Virus record (IMG/VR): IMGVR_UViG_3300031784_000002
From: a virus
Lineage: Duplodnaviria; Caudoviricetes
Length of the DNA stretch: 64,000 nucleotides
Reading direction: 5' to 3' (one strand)
Of this stretch, positions 17,694 to 26,388 are shown piece by piece. How positions within the stretch are numbered: position 1 is the first letter of the stretch; every line of letters starts with the position of its first letter. The notes under the pieces were generated by a model, which did not search any database, was not told where the DNA came from, and worked only from the letters and a program-made list of their open reading frames with translations. A program made the translations under genes and the position numbers.

Positions 17694-17999
17694 ATGATCC
17701 TAGCTAGTTTGATGTGTGGAATCGCCACATTCTATGGCGTTGGTGATGGATTCCATGGCCAAGTTACTGCAAGTGGCAAGACCTTTAATGCCTACGAATT
17801 AACTGCTGCTCACCCTTATCTTCCAATGGGTAGCAAACTACGCATCACCAATCAAGATAACATGAAGCAGGTGATTGTGCGAGTGAATGATAGAGGTCCG
17901 TACAGCCATGCAGATATTGATTTATCTTATGGGGCTTTCAGAAAGATTGCTCCACCTTCCAATGGTAATGCAACTGTATGTTTTAGGGTGATTGGTTAA
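17694..17999 (+). CDS. rlpA: RlpA-like double-psi beta-barrel (lytic transglycosylase-like) protein
   Basis: ATFYG...TASG...TAAHPYLPMGS...VRVNDRGPY...IDLSYGAF. Confidence 0.85.
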   Translation: MILASLMCGIATFYGVGDGFHGQVTASGKTFNAYELTAAHPYLPMGSKLRITNQDNMKQVIVRVNDRGPYSHADIDLSYGAFRKIAPPSNGNATVCFRVIG

Positions 18000-18181
18000 T
18001 TAACAACAATTGATTTTTGATGAATCTGATTGCAGGGGATGACCTAATCCCCTACTGGGGTAAAATTGCAGAAAAATCATTGTTTGCTCAAACTCAAATC
18101 CCTTGCCACGACAGGGATCTTAAAGTGAGAACCATGCGACGATTTGAGGGTTGGACGGATCAGAGACAAACCGAGCCAGAG

Positions 18182-18253
18182 TGTGACAATCCGCAAACCG
18201 CACACCAATTCAACCAAAGGTGGCCATGAGGATGTATCTTAGCTATGTTGAGA
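18182..18253 (+). promoter_or_regulatory. dyad promoter cassette 8
   Basis: tgtgacaa-N8-ccgcacac, 29 bp, TATCTT(18235)AGCTATGTTGAGA. Confidence 0.8.
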
Positions 18254-18269
18254 CAAACACACAAACCCC

Positions 18270-18491
18270 ATGACTTTCGTTGACGCACTGATCGCATCTG
18301 GTTATGTCTTTGATGATGAGAATTATGATGGTTGTTATGTGAAACAAGACTCAGAGGGTTTCATTCACTGTTATCAGGAAAATGTGGATGATGACACTGA
18401 CACTCTCTGGAATTATGTCAAAATGACTGAGGATTTTGATGTGATTCATGAGGTTACTTTTGATCCCAATGTTGATACTATTGTTGAGTGA
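18270..18491 (+). CDS. hypothetical protein (acidic)
   Basis: first ORF after cassette 8. Confidence 0.7.
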   Translation: MTFVDALIASGYVFDDENYDGCYVKQDSEGFIHCYQENVDDDTDTLWNYVKMTEDFDVIHEVTFDPNVDTIVE

Positions 18492-18495
18492 ATCA

Positions 18496-18738
18496 ATGAA
18501 CTTCACTCATAAAGTTAGAAGTTGGTCTGTAACTCTTCCAAGAGAGTTAGAAGAAGAGAAGAAATGGTGGAGGAGAAAACCAGGAAAACCCAGAAAGATG
18601 GGTGATCCGTTACCACCACCAAAGGGTAAATTACCCAAGAAAAATAGTGACAAACGCATGTTGCAAGGTTACTATTTGTTGAAGAGAAGTGGTCAACCTG
18701 TTGATGCACTTGAATCTCTGATTGCACACCTTCTGTGA
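18496..18738 (+). CDS. basic hypothetical protein
   Basis: ATG 18496 preferred. Confidence 0.6.
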   Translation: MNFTHKVRSWSVTLPRELEEEKKWWRRKPGKPRKMGDPLPPPKGKLPKKNSDKRMLQGYYLLKRSGQPVDALESLIAHLL

Positions 18739-18746
18739 CACAAATC

Positions 18747-18929
18747 ATGAACGACAAAACTAAACTCATTTTCGCATTGATGCAGATTGATAACATCACC
18801 AACCTGATGAAAGAGAATGAGTATGAGCACTTTATGGTGTCACACTTAATTCCACTTCAGGTAGAGATTCAACGACAACTGAGCAACATAAACCATAGGG
18901 AGTGTGCCAGTCTGCAGACCGTCCACTAA
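18747..18929 (+). CDS. conserved cyanophage hypothetical protein
   Basis: KTKLIFALMQIDNITNL...ELQRQL-like. Confidence 0.65.
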   Translation: MNDKTKLIFALMQIDNITNLMKENEYEHFMVSHLIPLQVEIQRQLSNINHRECASLQTVH

Positions 18930-18976
18930 ACCTGCCGAAGGGGGCCGTGGCCTTGTATCTTAGCCATGTTGAGAGG
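18903..18976 (+). promoter_or_regulatory. dyad promoter cassette 9
   Basis: tgtgccag-N8-ccgtccac, 29 bp, TATCTT(18956)AGCCATGTTGAGAGG. Confidence 0.85.
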
Positions 18977-18983
18977 AACGCAA

Positions 18984-19226
18984 ATGACCCGCAAGTTTCA
19001 CACCATGAGCATCGAAGATCGTGAAATGTTTGCTTACAATTCTGCCTACCAAAAGCAACAGGCCGAGATGAAGCGTATTCTTGCACAACCCGAGCAACGC
19101 ATTAAGTATGCCTTTGAGTTTCTGAAAGGTTATGTTGCTGATGGTGATCAAATGATGGCAGCAAAGTGTTACAATGCCATCGCAAAGTACAGTGAAATGC
19201 TTGACACTTCTGAGGCCCACTTCTGA
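18984..19226 (+). CDS. hypothetical protein
   Basis: SD GAGAGG then ATG. Confidence 0.7.
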   Translation: MTRKFHTMSIEDREMFAYNSAYQKQQAEMKRILAQPEQRIKYAFEFLKGYVADGDQMMAAKCYNAIAKYSEMLDTSEAHF

Positions 19227-19390
19227 TGAAAACTAACTACATTCCCAAACAACATTGGGACGATTTATATGATCGTCTCCATGATGCTTATGTTGAGTGC
19301 ATGAAGTATCACAATCCAACTTATGAGCAGAAACTTGCTCAAATCTTGGATCATATGATTATCAACAAACCCCATCTGGCTATCAAATGA
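19226..19390 (+). CDS. small hypothetical protein
   Basis: 54-aa ORF read manually. Confidence 0.6.
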   Translation: MKTNYIPKQHWDDLYDRLHDAYVECMKYHNPTYEQKLAQILDHMIINKPHLAIK

Positions 19391-19563
19391 CTTACAAAGA
19401 ACTCCTGCAACAGCTTCAACAACTCGACGAAGATCAGCTCAATTCTGATGTTGTTATCTATGATGAAGGCATCAATGAGTATTATCAACTCAAAGTTGAG
19501 TTAGTGTTTGCAACTGAGCGATGTCAGGTACTTAATCTAGACCACCCTATCATTCGTTTCTGA
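19387..19563 (+). CDS. small hypothetical protein
   Basis: 58-aa ORF read manually. Confidence 0.65.
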   Translation: MTYKELLQQLQQLDEDQLNSDVVIYDEGINEYYQLKVELVFATERCQVLNLDHPIIRF

Positions 19564-19787
19564 TGATGTACGCAACCCTAGCTGAGTTTCATAGTTACGT
19601 CTTCAAGTTCTATGGCCGTGGTGGTGTGTATCCTATGGGTGCAACTTTGAAGGAGATTGCATCAGCAACTGAGATTCTGTTGGAGCAACTTACTGCAACA
19701 GATGGTGAGTTTCATGGTGATAGTATGGATCGTGAGCTTGTGCGGGACATTCTCATTTCAGAATACGGCTTAGAGTTTCCCGATTAA
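19563..19787 (+). CDS. hypothetical protein
   Basis: FYGRGGVYPMG...FHGDSMDRELVRD motif. Confidence 0.7.
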   Translation: MMYATLAEFHSYVFKFYGRGGVYPMGATLKEIASATEILLEQLTATDGEFHGDSMDRELVRDILISEYGLEFPD

Positions 19788-19790
19788 GCT

Positions 19791-19862
19791 TGTGACAGTT
19801 GGCGGGCCGTCCACCAAACCCGCCAAAGGGGCCCAGGGCCCTGTATCTTAGCCATGTTGAGA
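19791..19862 (+). promoter_or_regulatory. dyad promoter cassette 10
   Basis: tgtgacag-ttggcggg-ccgtccac, 29 bp, TATCTT(19844)AGCCATGTTGAGA. Confidence 0.85.
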
Positions 19863-19874
19863 CAAACAAACGCA

Positions 19875-20156
19875 ATGCGCTACATCACTATCACCTTCGG
19901 CCCTCGCAACGATGATCCTAGCCAGTTCTACAACGAGCGTACTTGGTGGGATCGTCAGAGTCAAGCTGAGAAGTGGGGGCTTCAGTCTCTCTCAATCGCA
20001 GGTTGTTTCGGTTATGTTGTGATTGAAGAGGGAGAGGATTCGTGGAAGATTGTGGATGAACTTGGTGCTCCTTCTAATGCTGTGAGTGTGTCTGCTGAGT
20101 ATAAAGGTGGAGTCACCTATTCTGTTCAACCTGCACCTAAACTTGTTCTGGTTTGA
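19875..20156 (+). CDS. hypothetical protein
   Basis: ATG after A/C-rich leader. Confidence 0.7.
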   Translation: MRYITITFGPRNDDPSQFYNERTWWDRQSQAEKWGLQSLSIAGCFGYVVIEEGEDSWKIVDELGAPSNAVSVSAEYKGGVTYSVQPAPKLVLV

Positions 20157-20292
20157 TGAACTACCGAATGAGAATTATGTTGTCTCCAATTATCTCCTGG
20201 CACCGACATGTTACAGGATACTGGGAGAAGAAACTCCCACACATTCCTGGAGCAAACTCTAAACAATTCTGGAACATTATCAACGGAAACTG

Positions 20293-20487
20293 ATGCACAC
20301 TGGTTACACTTTCAACCGAGTTGAGTTCACTCAAGATGAGGAAACTTGTCTCTTGCGTTTGATGTTCCAAGCACGAGATTGTGGGAACTGTAATGTTGAT
20401 GAAGAATGGCTGCCTTTGTGTAATGATCTGATCACAAAGTATTACAACAGCCACATCAAAGAAGCTCAACCTTTCCAAACTCTCTGA
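20293..20487 (+). CDS. hypothetical protein
   Basis: TGATG overlap with small ORF 20156-20293. Confidence 0.65.
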   Translation: MHTGYTFNRVEFTQDEETCLLRLMFQARDCGNCNVDEEWLPLCNDLITKYYNSHIKEAQPFQTL

Positions 20488-20494
20488 AATTATC

Positions 20495-20650
20495 ATGGTC
20501 GTTCACTTCTACGAAGGTCAATCCTACTCCTGGAATTATGCCAACCGCAGCTACGATGATAGTGGTTGCTGGGAAGATTATCTGTCTGGGGATGAGTATG
20601 AAGAGGCTCTAGATCGTAAGCGGTTTGAGCAATCAAATCGGGACTGGTAG
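20495..20650 (+). CDS. small hypothetical protein
   Basis: 51-aa ORF; its TAG is the first 3 nt of cassette 11. Confidence 0.6.
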   Translation: MVVHFYEGQSYSWNYANRSYDDSGCWEDYLSGDEYEEALDRKRFEQSNRDW

Positions 20651-20720
20651 GCCAATTTACTGGCTGCACACTAAATCCGCCGAGTGCAGCCAGAACCTGT
20701 ATCTTAGCCATGTTGAGAGG
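20648..20720 (+). promoter_or_regulatory. dyad promoter cassette 11
   Basis: taggccaa-N8-ctgcacac, 28 bp, TATCTT(20700)AGCCATGTTGAGAGG. Confidence 0.8.
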
Positions 20721-20727
20721 AATCGCA

Positions 20728-20937
20728 ATGACCGAGTTCCAAACTATCATCAACGATCTGACTCCCGAAGAGCGTAAAGCTCTAAAAGAAGCAACTGCTC
20801 CCGAATGGGTCAAAGCTATCCGTGAGACTGTCAATGATCCAAACTTTTGGAATGACATGGCTATTGCTTTTGCTCAAGGAGTTATCAACGGATTGAATGA
20901 TGCTCTGGATGACAACAACAATCGCCGTCACCGCTGA
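20728..20937 (+). CDS. hypothetical protein
   Basis: SD then ATG. Confidence 0.7.
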   Translation: MTEFQTIINDLTPEERKALKEATAPEWVKAIRETVNDPNFWNDMAIAFAQGVINGLNDALDDNNNRRHR

Positions 20938-21131
20938 TGACTGACGCACAAAAGCTTGAGGCACTGACTGACCTTCTCTCCAATGTCATTCACTCTCTGG
21001 AGATGACAAAGTATGAGATTGAAGATGTATCAGAGGCAGCAAATGTGGTTCGTGAGGCAGACCACTATCACCAACAAATGCTAGACATTCTTCATGGTGG
21101 CCCAGTTGAAGAACCTGCACAAGCCCCCTAG
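20937..21131 (+). CDS. hypothetical protein
   Basis: TGATG overlap. Confidence 0.65.
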   Translation: MTDAQKLEALTDLLSNVIHSLEMTKYEIEDVSEAANVVREADHYHQQMLDILHGGPVEEPAQAP

Positions 21132-21172
21132 ACTTCTCCAGCCAGATCCTGTATCTTAGCCATGTTGAGAGG
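21098..21172 (+). promoter_or_regulatory. dyad promoter cassette 12 (also has a -35-like TAGACT)
   Basis: tggcccag-ttgaagaa-cctgcaca, 30 bp, TATCTT(21152)AGCCATGTTGAGAGG. Confidence 0.8.
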
Positions 21173-21184
21173 AATCGCTCCCCA

Positions 21185-21328
21185 ATGTTTGACGAACTCT
21201 GGTCCGAGATTGCTGACATGCCTGGTGAAATCTTTGACACCACGATGACAGCAGAAGAACGAGCTGAGTTTCAGCGAGTTTGTGAAATGTCTGAAGAAGA
21301 GTATTACTACTACATGGAAGCTGCCTGA
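21185..21328 (+). CDS. small hypothetical protein (MFDELWSEIADMPGEIFD...)
   Basis: 47-aa ORF read manually. Confidence 0.7.
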   Translation: MFDELWSEIADMPGEIFDTTMTAEERAEFQRVCEMSEEEYYYYMEAA

Positions 21329-21329
21329 A

Positions 21330-21509
21330 ATGATGAACGATCTCCGTCAACGTTGCATGGATCTCGCCGATGAAATGTCGGCCGAGGTGAATGGAAACCT
21401 GTTCTATGTTCCCGATGAAGACATAGAGGATTGTCTGAAAGCTTTGACTGAGGATAACATCCAAGATGTCGCAGCTGAACTTGCAAACTTAGCTCACTGG
21501 TTTAACTGA
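21330..21509 (+). CDS. hypothetical protein
   Basis: ATG 21330 preferred. Confidence 0.65.
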   Translation: MMNDLRQRCMDLADEMSAEVNGNLFYVPDEDIEDCLKALTEDNIQDVAAELANLAHWFN

Positions 21510-21511
21510 TC

Positions 21512-21709
21512 ATGAACCTGAACACTCTTGAATTGCTCATTGCTGACTGCTTTGAGTACATTTATGACCGCGACGCCAAAGCTGGTGCGTATTGGTGTGA
21601 ACAACTCTTCACCAAGCAAGGTGACATCAAGCGTCACATGATCACTGAGATGACGCTACAACGGCTTGAGAACATCGCCGCTGACCTTTATGATCATCAG
21701 GAAGCCTGA
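21512..21709 (+). CDS. hypothetical protein
   Basis: ORF in operon. Confidence 0.65.
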   Translation: MNLNTLELLIADCFEYIYDRDAKAGAYWCEQLFTKQGDIKRHMITEMTLQRLENIAADLYDHQEA

Positions 21710-21710
21710 A

Positions 21711-21905
21711 ATGACGAATCAAGAATGGGTTGATGGCTTCAAGATTGTGCTGATCATCCTATTTGTGATTGGTGTGATCATTCTTTATGTTCACAACATC
21801 AAAGTTGAGCATGCTGATTGTATCGCACACGGCGGCCAATGGGTGCATGGACTCAGCTCAGATGGTGGGGCTCAATTCTACTGCATTGAGCCCCCTGGAA
21901 TCTAA
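21711..21905 (+). CDS. small membrane-anchored protein with CxxxGG-W...C
   Basis: TM helix then CIAHGGQW...FYC. Confidence 0.65.
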   Translation: MTNQEWVDGFKIVLIILFVIGVIILYVHNIKVEHADCIAHGGQWVHGLSSDGGAQFYCIEPPGI

Positions 21906-21927
21906 CACAAACACAACACACAAAACA

Positions 21928-22254
21928 ATGCAAACCACCAAAGCTTTCCCTCCCGCTGACGATCTGATTATGAAACTGCAAGAGATTGACTACATCAAAC
22001 AACTGAACAAATACATGGACATTGTTGAAACTATTGTGGTATGGATTGCCGCAATCGCTACTATCATCTTTGAGAAGTTTCAAACTCTAAAGATCACAAC
22101 TCCTCAAGCTATCTCCGATTACTTCTACTTTAGCTTTAACATGCGCTATGCTCCTGGTGATGAGATTATGGCTCTGAGTGTAGGTAATCTTTACCTCGGT
22201 TTGTATAGCGATTCGCTGAACTGGGGTGTGCTTGACGAGAACGGCTGCCTCTGA
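21928..22254 (+). CDS. hypothetical protein
   Basis: ATG after ACAC/AAAC-rich leader. Confidence 0.65.
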   Translation: MQTTKAFPPADDLIMKLQEIDYIKQLNKYMDIVETIVVWIAAIATIIFEKFQTLKITTPQAISDYFYFSFNMRYAPGDEIMALSVGNLYLGLYSDSLNWGVLDENGCL

Positions 22255-22427
22255 TTTGATCAAACATCTAATTTGATGCAATTCTGGCTGCATGGGATGA
22301 TCCAATCTACCTGTCAGCCAGTTTTAACGCTTTTTTCGGTTTCTGTCCTAGTGGTGGCCACGAGTCTCACCGCTTCCAACCTGAGACCAGCAGGGGGCTT
22401 CTGCGATCCTGACCAAACCTGGGGGCT

Positions 22428-22498
22428 TGTGACAATTGGCTCCCTGGGCCAGATTCTCGCCAAAGGGCCCCTCGGCCCCATATATTGGCCACATGAGG
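22428..22498 (+). promoter_or_regulatory. dyad promoter cassette 13
   Basis: tgtgacaa-N8-ctgggcca, 29 bp, TATATT(22481)GGCCACATGAGG. Confidence 0.75.
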
Positions 22499-22545
22499 GA
22501 GAGGGAACGACCCCGACCCCGACCAAACCATTCTCTGCTCAAACC

Positions 22546-22860
22546 ATGCGTAAGATCGAAACCCTGATGAACAAAGCTATCCAGCAAGAAATTGACTGGA
22601 AGCTGGACAACACCGAAGTCATCAGCTGCTCCAACGTTTCTGATGTCTACCTGCATGGCAATCTGATTGCTCGCATCGGTGAAACTTGGCTGGAACTGTT
22701 CGACGGTGGTTGGCAGACTGCTACCACGAAGTCCCGTCTGAATGCTATTCTCGCTGCACACGGCTGCCCTGGTGAGCGTGTCTTCCAACAGAAAGGCCAG
22801 TGGTTCATCACTATCAACGGAGCTAAGGTTCCTTTCTTCTCCGGTATGCGCCTGAACTGA
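22546..22860 (+). CDS. conserved phage hypothetical protein (MRKIE...LHGNLIA...TTKSRLNA)
   Basis: real start 22546; recognisable phage family pattern. Confidence 0.8.
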   Translation: MRKIETLMNKAIQQEIDWKLDNTEVISCSNVSDVYLHGNLIARIGETWLELFDGGWQTATTKSRLNAILAAHGCPGERVFQQKGQWFITINGAKVPFFSGMRLN

Positions 22861-23512
22861 TGGCTAGAACCAAGACGCTAACATTCAAGTCACCCGACAA
22901 AATGAAAACAATTGGCCTGATCTTTGTGATAGCGTTCTTGTTTTTCCCATCAGTTCGTTACACCACGGGGAGCATGATGCACTCTGCCGCTGATTTCATC
23001 CAATCCACAGCTAACTGATCATGATGACACTTACCGCTCTTAATTTTCAAGAACTCGATACACTTTTGGCTGTTCTTGAGTCTAGCGATTGGTGCTACTT
23101 GACTGAACTTACAGAGACAGACATTCCGGCTCTGTATGATAAACTTTCTGAAATGCGGGACGAAGTGTAATGAAACACACCAACACAGTTCGCATCATCG
23201 ACCGACTTGGCTTGTTCCCTGAGACTAGAGGAAAAGCCCGCTACATCTCGGTCAAAACTTATGCTCATGCAATGGAGATTGTGGATGAGCAGAACAAACT
23301 CGGCAACACAGCTACCCTGATTAACTGGTAACAAATTATGGGACATCATCGCACAATGGTTGAAACTGAACACTACGAGCTTCCGCTTGACTTTTATCTC
23401 AAGTGTGAGTTCATTGCTGCTCAATTAGAGGTCACAGTTGATTACCTTCTCGATGAGTTTTACGATGACGGGGAGCTCATTGTGCCAGACTTTGTGCAAG
23501 AATGAGCAGCGA

Positions 23513-23586
23513 TGTGACAGTCTTCGGACTGTCCACTAAATCCGCCAAACCCCAGCCAGTCTTGGTATCTTAGCCATGTTGAGAGG
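23513..23586 (+). promoter_or_regulatory. dyad promoter cassette 14
   Basis: tgtgacag-tcttcgga-ctgtccac, 29 bp, TATCTT(23566)AGCCATGTTGAGAGG. Confidence 0.88.
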
Positions 23587-23593
23587 TTCACGA

Positions 23594-23764
23594 ATGACCA
23601 ACGCAACCAACTTCATTCCCTGCACTGACATCGAAACCCGTCAAGCTATGTGGGTTGGTATGAAATACGATGAGCAACTTGGTATCTTCAATGCTGTTCA
23701 AGTTGCATCGGCTTTCGCAGATCGTTATGCGGAAGATTACAAGCCTGTGACCTTCTGTGACTGA
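23594..23764 (+). CDS. hypothetical protein
   Basis: SD then ATG. Confidence 0.7.
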   Translation: MTNATNFIPCTDIETRQAMWVGMKYDEQLGIFNAVQVASAFADRYAEDYKPVTFCD

Positions 23765-23789
23765 ATCCAACTCTACATCTTCCAAACAA

Positions 23790-23921
23790 ATGTTCACAAT
23801 CACCTATCAAGTTCCTTACAACAACTGTGAGTGGAGGACTCAAAGCTTCAAGACTCTTGAAGAAGCACAACGGATGATAGATTTCTACCGTTCTTGTGGT
23901 TCACCTTGCAAACTTGTTTGA
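23790..23921 (+). CDS. small hypothetical protein
   Basis: 43-aa ORF read manually. Confidence 0.55.
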   Translation: MFTITYQVPYNNCEWRTQSFKTLEEAQRMIDFYRSCGSPCKLV

Positions 23922-23932
23922 GTAATTTAATC

Positions 23933-24079
23933 ATGCGAATCGCTCTTCTGATTGCTACTCTTGCTCTTGGACTGAAGACTGGTCTTGCTGCTCATGCTAC
24001 GGTGAATGCCTATCAAGAAGCACAAGCCGAACGGCTGTGCCAGATTGATCCAAGCTACTGCGGACTGAAGCAAAAGTAG
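23933..24079 (+). CDS. small exported/membrane protein
   Basis: hydrophobic N-terminus; CQIDPSYC; its TAG begins cassette 15. Confidence 0.65.
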   Translation: MRIALLIATLALGLKTGLAAHATVNAYQEAQAERLCQIDPSYCGLKQK

Positions 24080-24141
24080 GACAGTCTGATGGCTGTCCAC
24101 CAAATCCGCCGAACCGACCCGTTTGGCCCTATATTGGCCAC
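24077..24141 (+). promoter_or_regulatory. dyad promoter cassette 15
   Basis: taggacag-N8-ctgtccac, 29 bp, TATATT(24130)GGCCAC. Confidence 0.85.
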
Positions 24142-24465
24142 ATGAAGAACAACACCACTCAAATGTCACTTTTCTCCCAAGGCTGGAAAGCTGAAGAATA
24201 CTTCGGTAGCGAGCTGACTGCTCATCACATGAACACTCGTTCGGTGTATCGTTTCAAGGAGAATGCCAATGTGAGCATCACTCACTCCGGAAAGTATGCT
24301 GAAGATGGAACTGTTGATGTGTTCACAGTTTCTGTTCGTGAGGAGATCAATCCTCGCCACTCGGTTACTCAAACTGTTGAGACCTTTGCTAACTTTTTGG
24401 ACGCATACTACTGCGGTGTGCAGTGTGTCAACAATCTGAATCTTGATCTCATCACTATTAACTGA
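24142..24465 (+). CDS. hypothetical protein
   Basis: ATG at predicted +1 (or internal ATG 24163). Confidence 0.7.
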   Translation: MKNNTTQMSLFSQGWKAEEYFGSELTAHHMNTRSVYRFKENANVSITHSGKYAEDGTVDVFTVSVREEINPRHSVTQTVETFANFLDAYYCGVQCVNNLNLDLITIN

Positions 24466-24487
24466 ATCAATTTACTGAGCAACTATC

Positions 24488-24937
24488 ATGAACATTTTTG
24501 ACCTGCAACGTGATCTCCAGAAGGAAAAGCTTTCTCTGGAAGAATTGCTGACTGAAGTGAAGGCTTCACTGGTGACGATCAACGAAAACCTAGAAGCTGT
24601 TGATCGAGTTGCCAAGATGTTTGGTGGAAAAGCCACATCGCCCGAACACAATCAAGAGTTCATGGCTAAACTACGTTCGCTGCTCTCTCAGAAGTTCAGC
24701 CAGAGGGAAGTTGATGAACTCATTGAAATTATTGAGCAAGATGATGTGCGGAGGCTGAACGGCAAACTGAATAAGAACCCTGCAAGCTACACTCACCAAG
24801 TTCTCGCATTGTGCTATCAGATGCGAATTGTGAATGGTAACATTCAAGATCACATGAAGGATGCGATTAAGCGTCTGCGTGAAGCTGGCCACATTTCAGT
24901 GGAGCAATCTAAGTGGTTTGTTTCACAAGGTTTCTAA
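24488..24937 (+). CDS. hypothetical coiled-coil protein
   Basis: 149-aa ORF. Confidence 0.7.
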   Translation: MNIFDLQRDLQKEKLSLEELLTEVKASLVTINENLEAVDRVAKMFGGKATSPEHNQEFMAKLRSLLSQKFSQREVDELIEIIEQDDVRRLNGKLNKNPASYTHQVLALCYQMRIVNGNIQDHMKDAIKRLREAGHISVEQSKWFVSQGF

Positions 24938-24940
24938 TCA

Positions 24941-25013
24941 TGTGACAGCCATGCGGCTGTCCACCAAATCCGCCGAGACCCGCCATCTGATGTATTCTAG
25001 CCATGTTGAGAGG
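24941..25013 (+). promoter_or_regulatory. dyad promoter cassette 16
   Basis: tgtgacag-N8-ctgtccac, 28 bp, TATTCT(24993)AGCCATGTTGAGAGG. Confidence 0.85.
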
Positions 25014-25026
25014 AATCGGAACCCAA

Positions 25027-25203
25027 ATGAAAGTCTACGCTGTGATCGGTGGTTGGGATTATGAAGGCGAAGACTTTCAATCCCTGCGCCTGTTTGATTG
25101 TTTCTCTGCTGCTGATGCGTACCTGAAGCAACTTGATGAAGAATACGATTATGCTAAGATGGACACCCGCGAGGTGTGCATGGAATCTGCAATCGCTGCT
25201 TGA
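25027..25203 (+). CDS. hypothetical protein (MKVYAVIGGWDYEGE)
   Basis: first ORF after cassette 16. Confidence 0.7.
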   Translation: MKVYAVIGGWDYEGEDFQSLRLFDCFSAADAYLKQLDEEYDYAKMDTREVCMESAIAA

Positions 25204-25205
25204 TC

Positions 25206-25367
25206 ATGAAAAACTATCGCGTTCGTGTTGAAACTAACGATGGCTGTGTCACGATTTGGTATGAGAAATCAAACGCAAAACGTGCTTGTGATCTTATCAA
25301 CAATCGGGTCTACAATCAGCTCTGTGGGTTGAACATCAAGGAAGTTGAAGTAACTCCTTCCGTCTGA
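25206..25367 (+). CDS. hypothetical protein
   Basis: ATG 25206. Confidence 0.65.
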   Translation: MKNYRVRVETNDGCVTIWYEKSNAKRACDLINNRVYNQLCGLNIKEVEVTPSV

Positions 25368-25400
25368 ACTTTTCTTCTTAATTAACACAAACACAAACTC

Positions 25401-25586
25401 ATGACTAACACTTTCGACCGCGCACAACTCGTTGAAGATTACATTCAACAACTGATTGAGGGAATGGACTATAAAACAATGGAGTGCTTTGTTTATGATA
25501 CTATGAAAGAGAATCTTTCTAGTTATACTGATGAAGAATTGATTACAGAGGTTCAAGACTACTATCCTGAGCTGATTGAAGGCTGA
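25401..25586 (+). CDS. conserved cyanophage hypothetical protein
   Basis: DRAQLVEDYIQQLIEGMDYK...ELI.EV..YYPELI. Confidence 0.7.
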   Translation: MTNTFDRAQLVEDYIQQLIEGMDYKTMECFVYDTMKENLSSYTDEELITEVQDYYPELIEG

Positions 25587-25657
25587 TTCGCCATTTGCGA
25601 ATAGAGAATGAGATGCGCTCTAAAGACACTCACATTCCCAAACACTTTGCTACTCTC

Positions 25658-25783
25658 ATGATTCAAACTCGTAAAGACTTCTTCATTCAAGTTCTCGATC
25701 AGTTTGCTACTAATGGTAACGAACTTCTGCAGATTCTGGATGACATCGAATCTGGCGAATGTGAATGCTTTCTCGAAGATTGA
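25658..25783 (+). CDS. small hypothetical protein
   Basis: ATG 25658 after SD-less leader. Confidence 0.55.
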   Translation: MIQTRKDFFIQVLDQFATNGNELLQILDDIESGECECFLED

Positions 25784-25829
25784 GCTCTAATTCTTTACAC
25801 TTTTCCCAAACACTTTTCTTCTTTTTCTC

Positions 25830-25988
25830 ATGACTCTTCAAACTGCAATCTCCATGCTTCAGAGTGCTCGCAACGGCGCCGAAATGCTTGAGGTTCTTGA
25901 TAGTCTCGCAGGTGGCTATGAGTACATCGAGTCCCCCATGATTGCTCAGGTGCTCGGAGTGCCCACGCTTGAACCAATGGAGTTCTGA
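25830..25988 (+). CDS. small hypothetical protein
   Basis: 52-aa ORF read manually. Confidence 0.6.
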   Translation: MTLQTAISMLQSARNGAEMLEVLDSLAGGYEYIESPMIAQVLGVPTLEPMEF

Positions 25989-25999
25989 TGATAGAATAG

Positions 26000-26024
26000 A
26001 GGGGGCTGAATAAGTCCCCTTTTG
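26000..26024 (+). terminator. intrinsic terminator
   Basis: agggggct-gaata-agtcccct followed by TTT. Confidence 0.65.
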
Positions 26025-26388
26025 TGTCAACTTAACCCCGTAAATTGACTTCAATTCGTCACAACTTACGACATGAAGAAACGCTACCTGATTGCTGCAT
26101 CAATTCTGCCATTGACTCTGCTTGTGTTCGCAACAGTTCGGGACAGTTGTGCTAATCCCAGCTATGCCCAATACTTTACAGAATCATGCCAGACAAAATG
26201 ACACAATCAAATTGGGCTGAGAATCTAACACCTGAAGAGCAACAACAAACTTACAACGAGATCGTCAATTATCTCAAAGAAGAAGTGCTTTCACAGGTGT
26301 CAGAAAAGTATGACAAACCCATTGCCTATAAGTACAGAAACGTATAAAATAGTAACGTACCTTCAACCACATTCAAGGACACACACTC

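Noticed and set aside
22273-22545. N-terminal extension of the 195-aa ORF
   Set aside because: It runs through the non-coding element and cassette 13; the recognisable protein starts at 22546.
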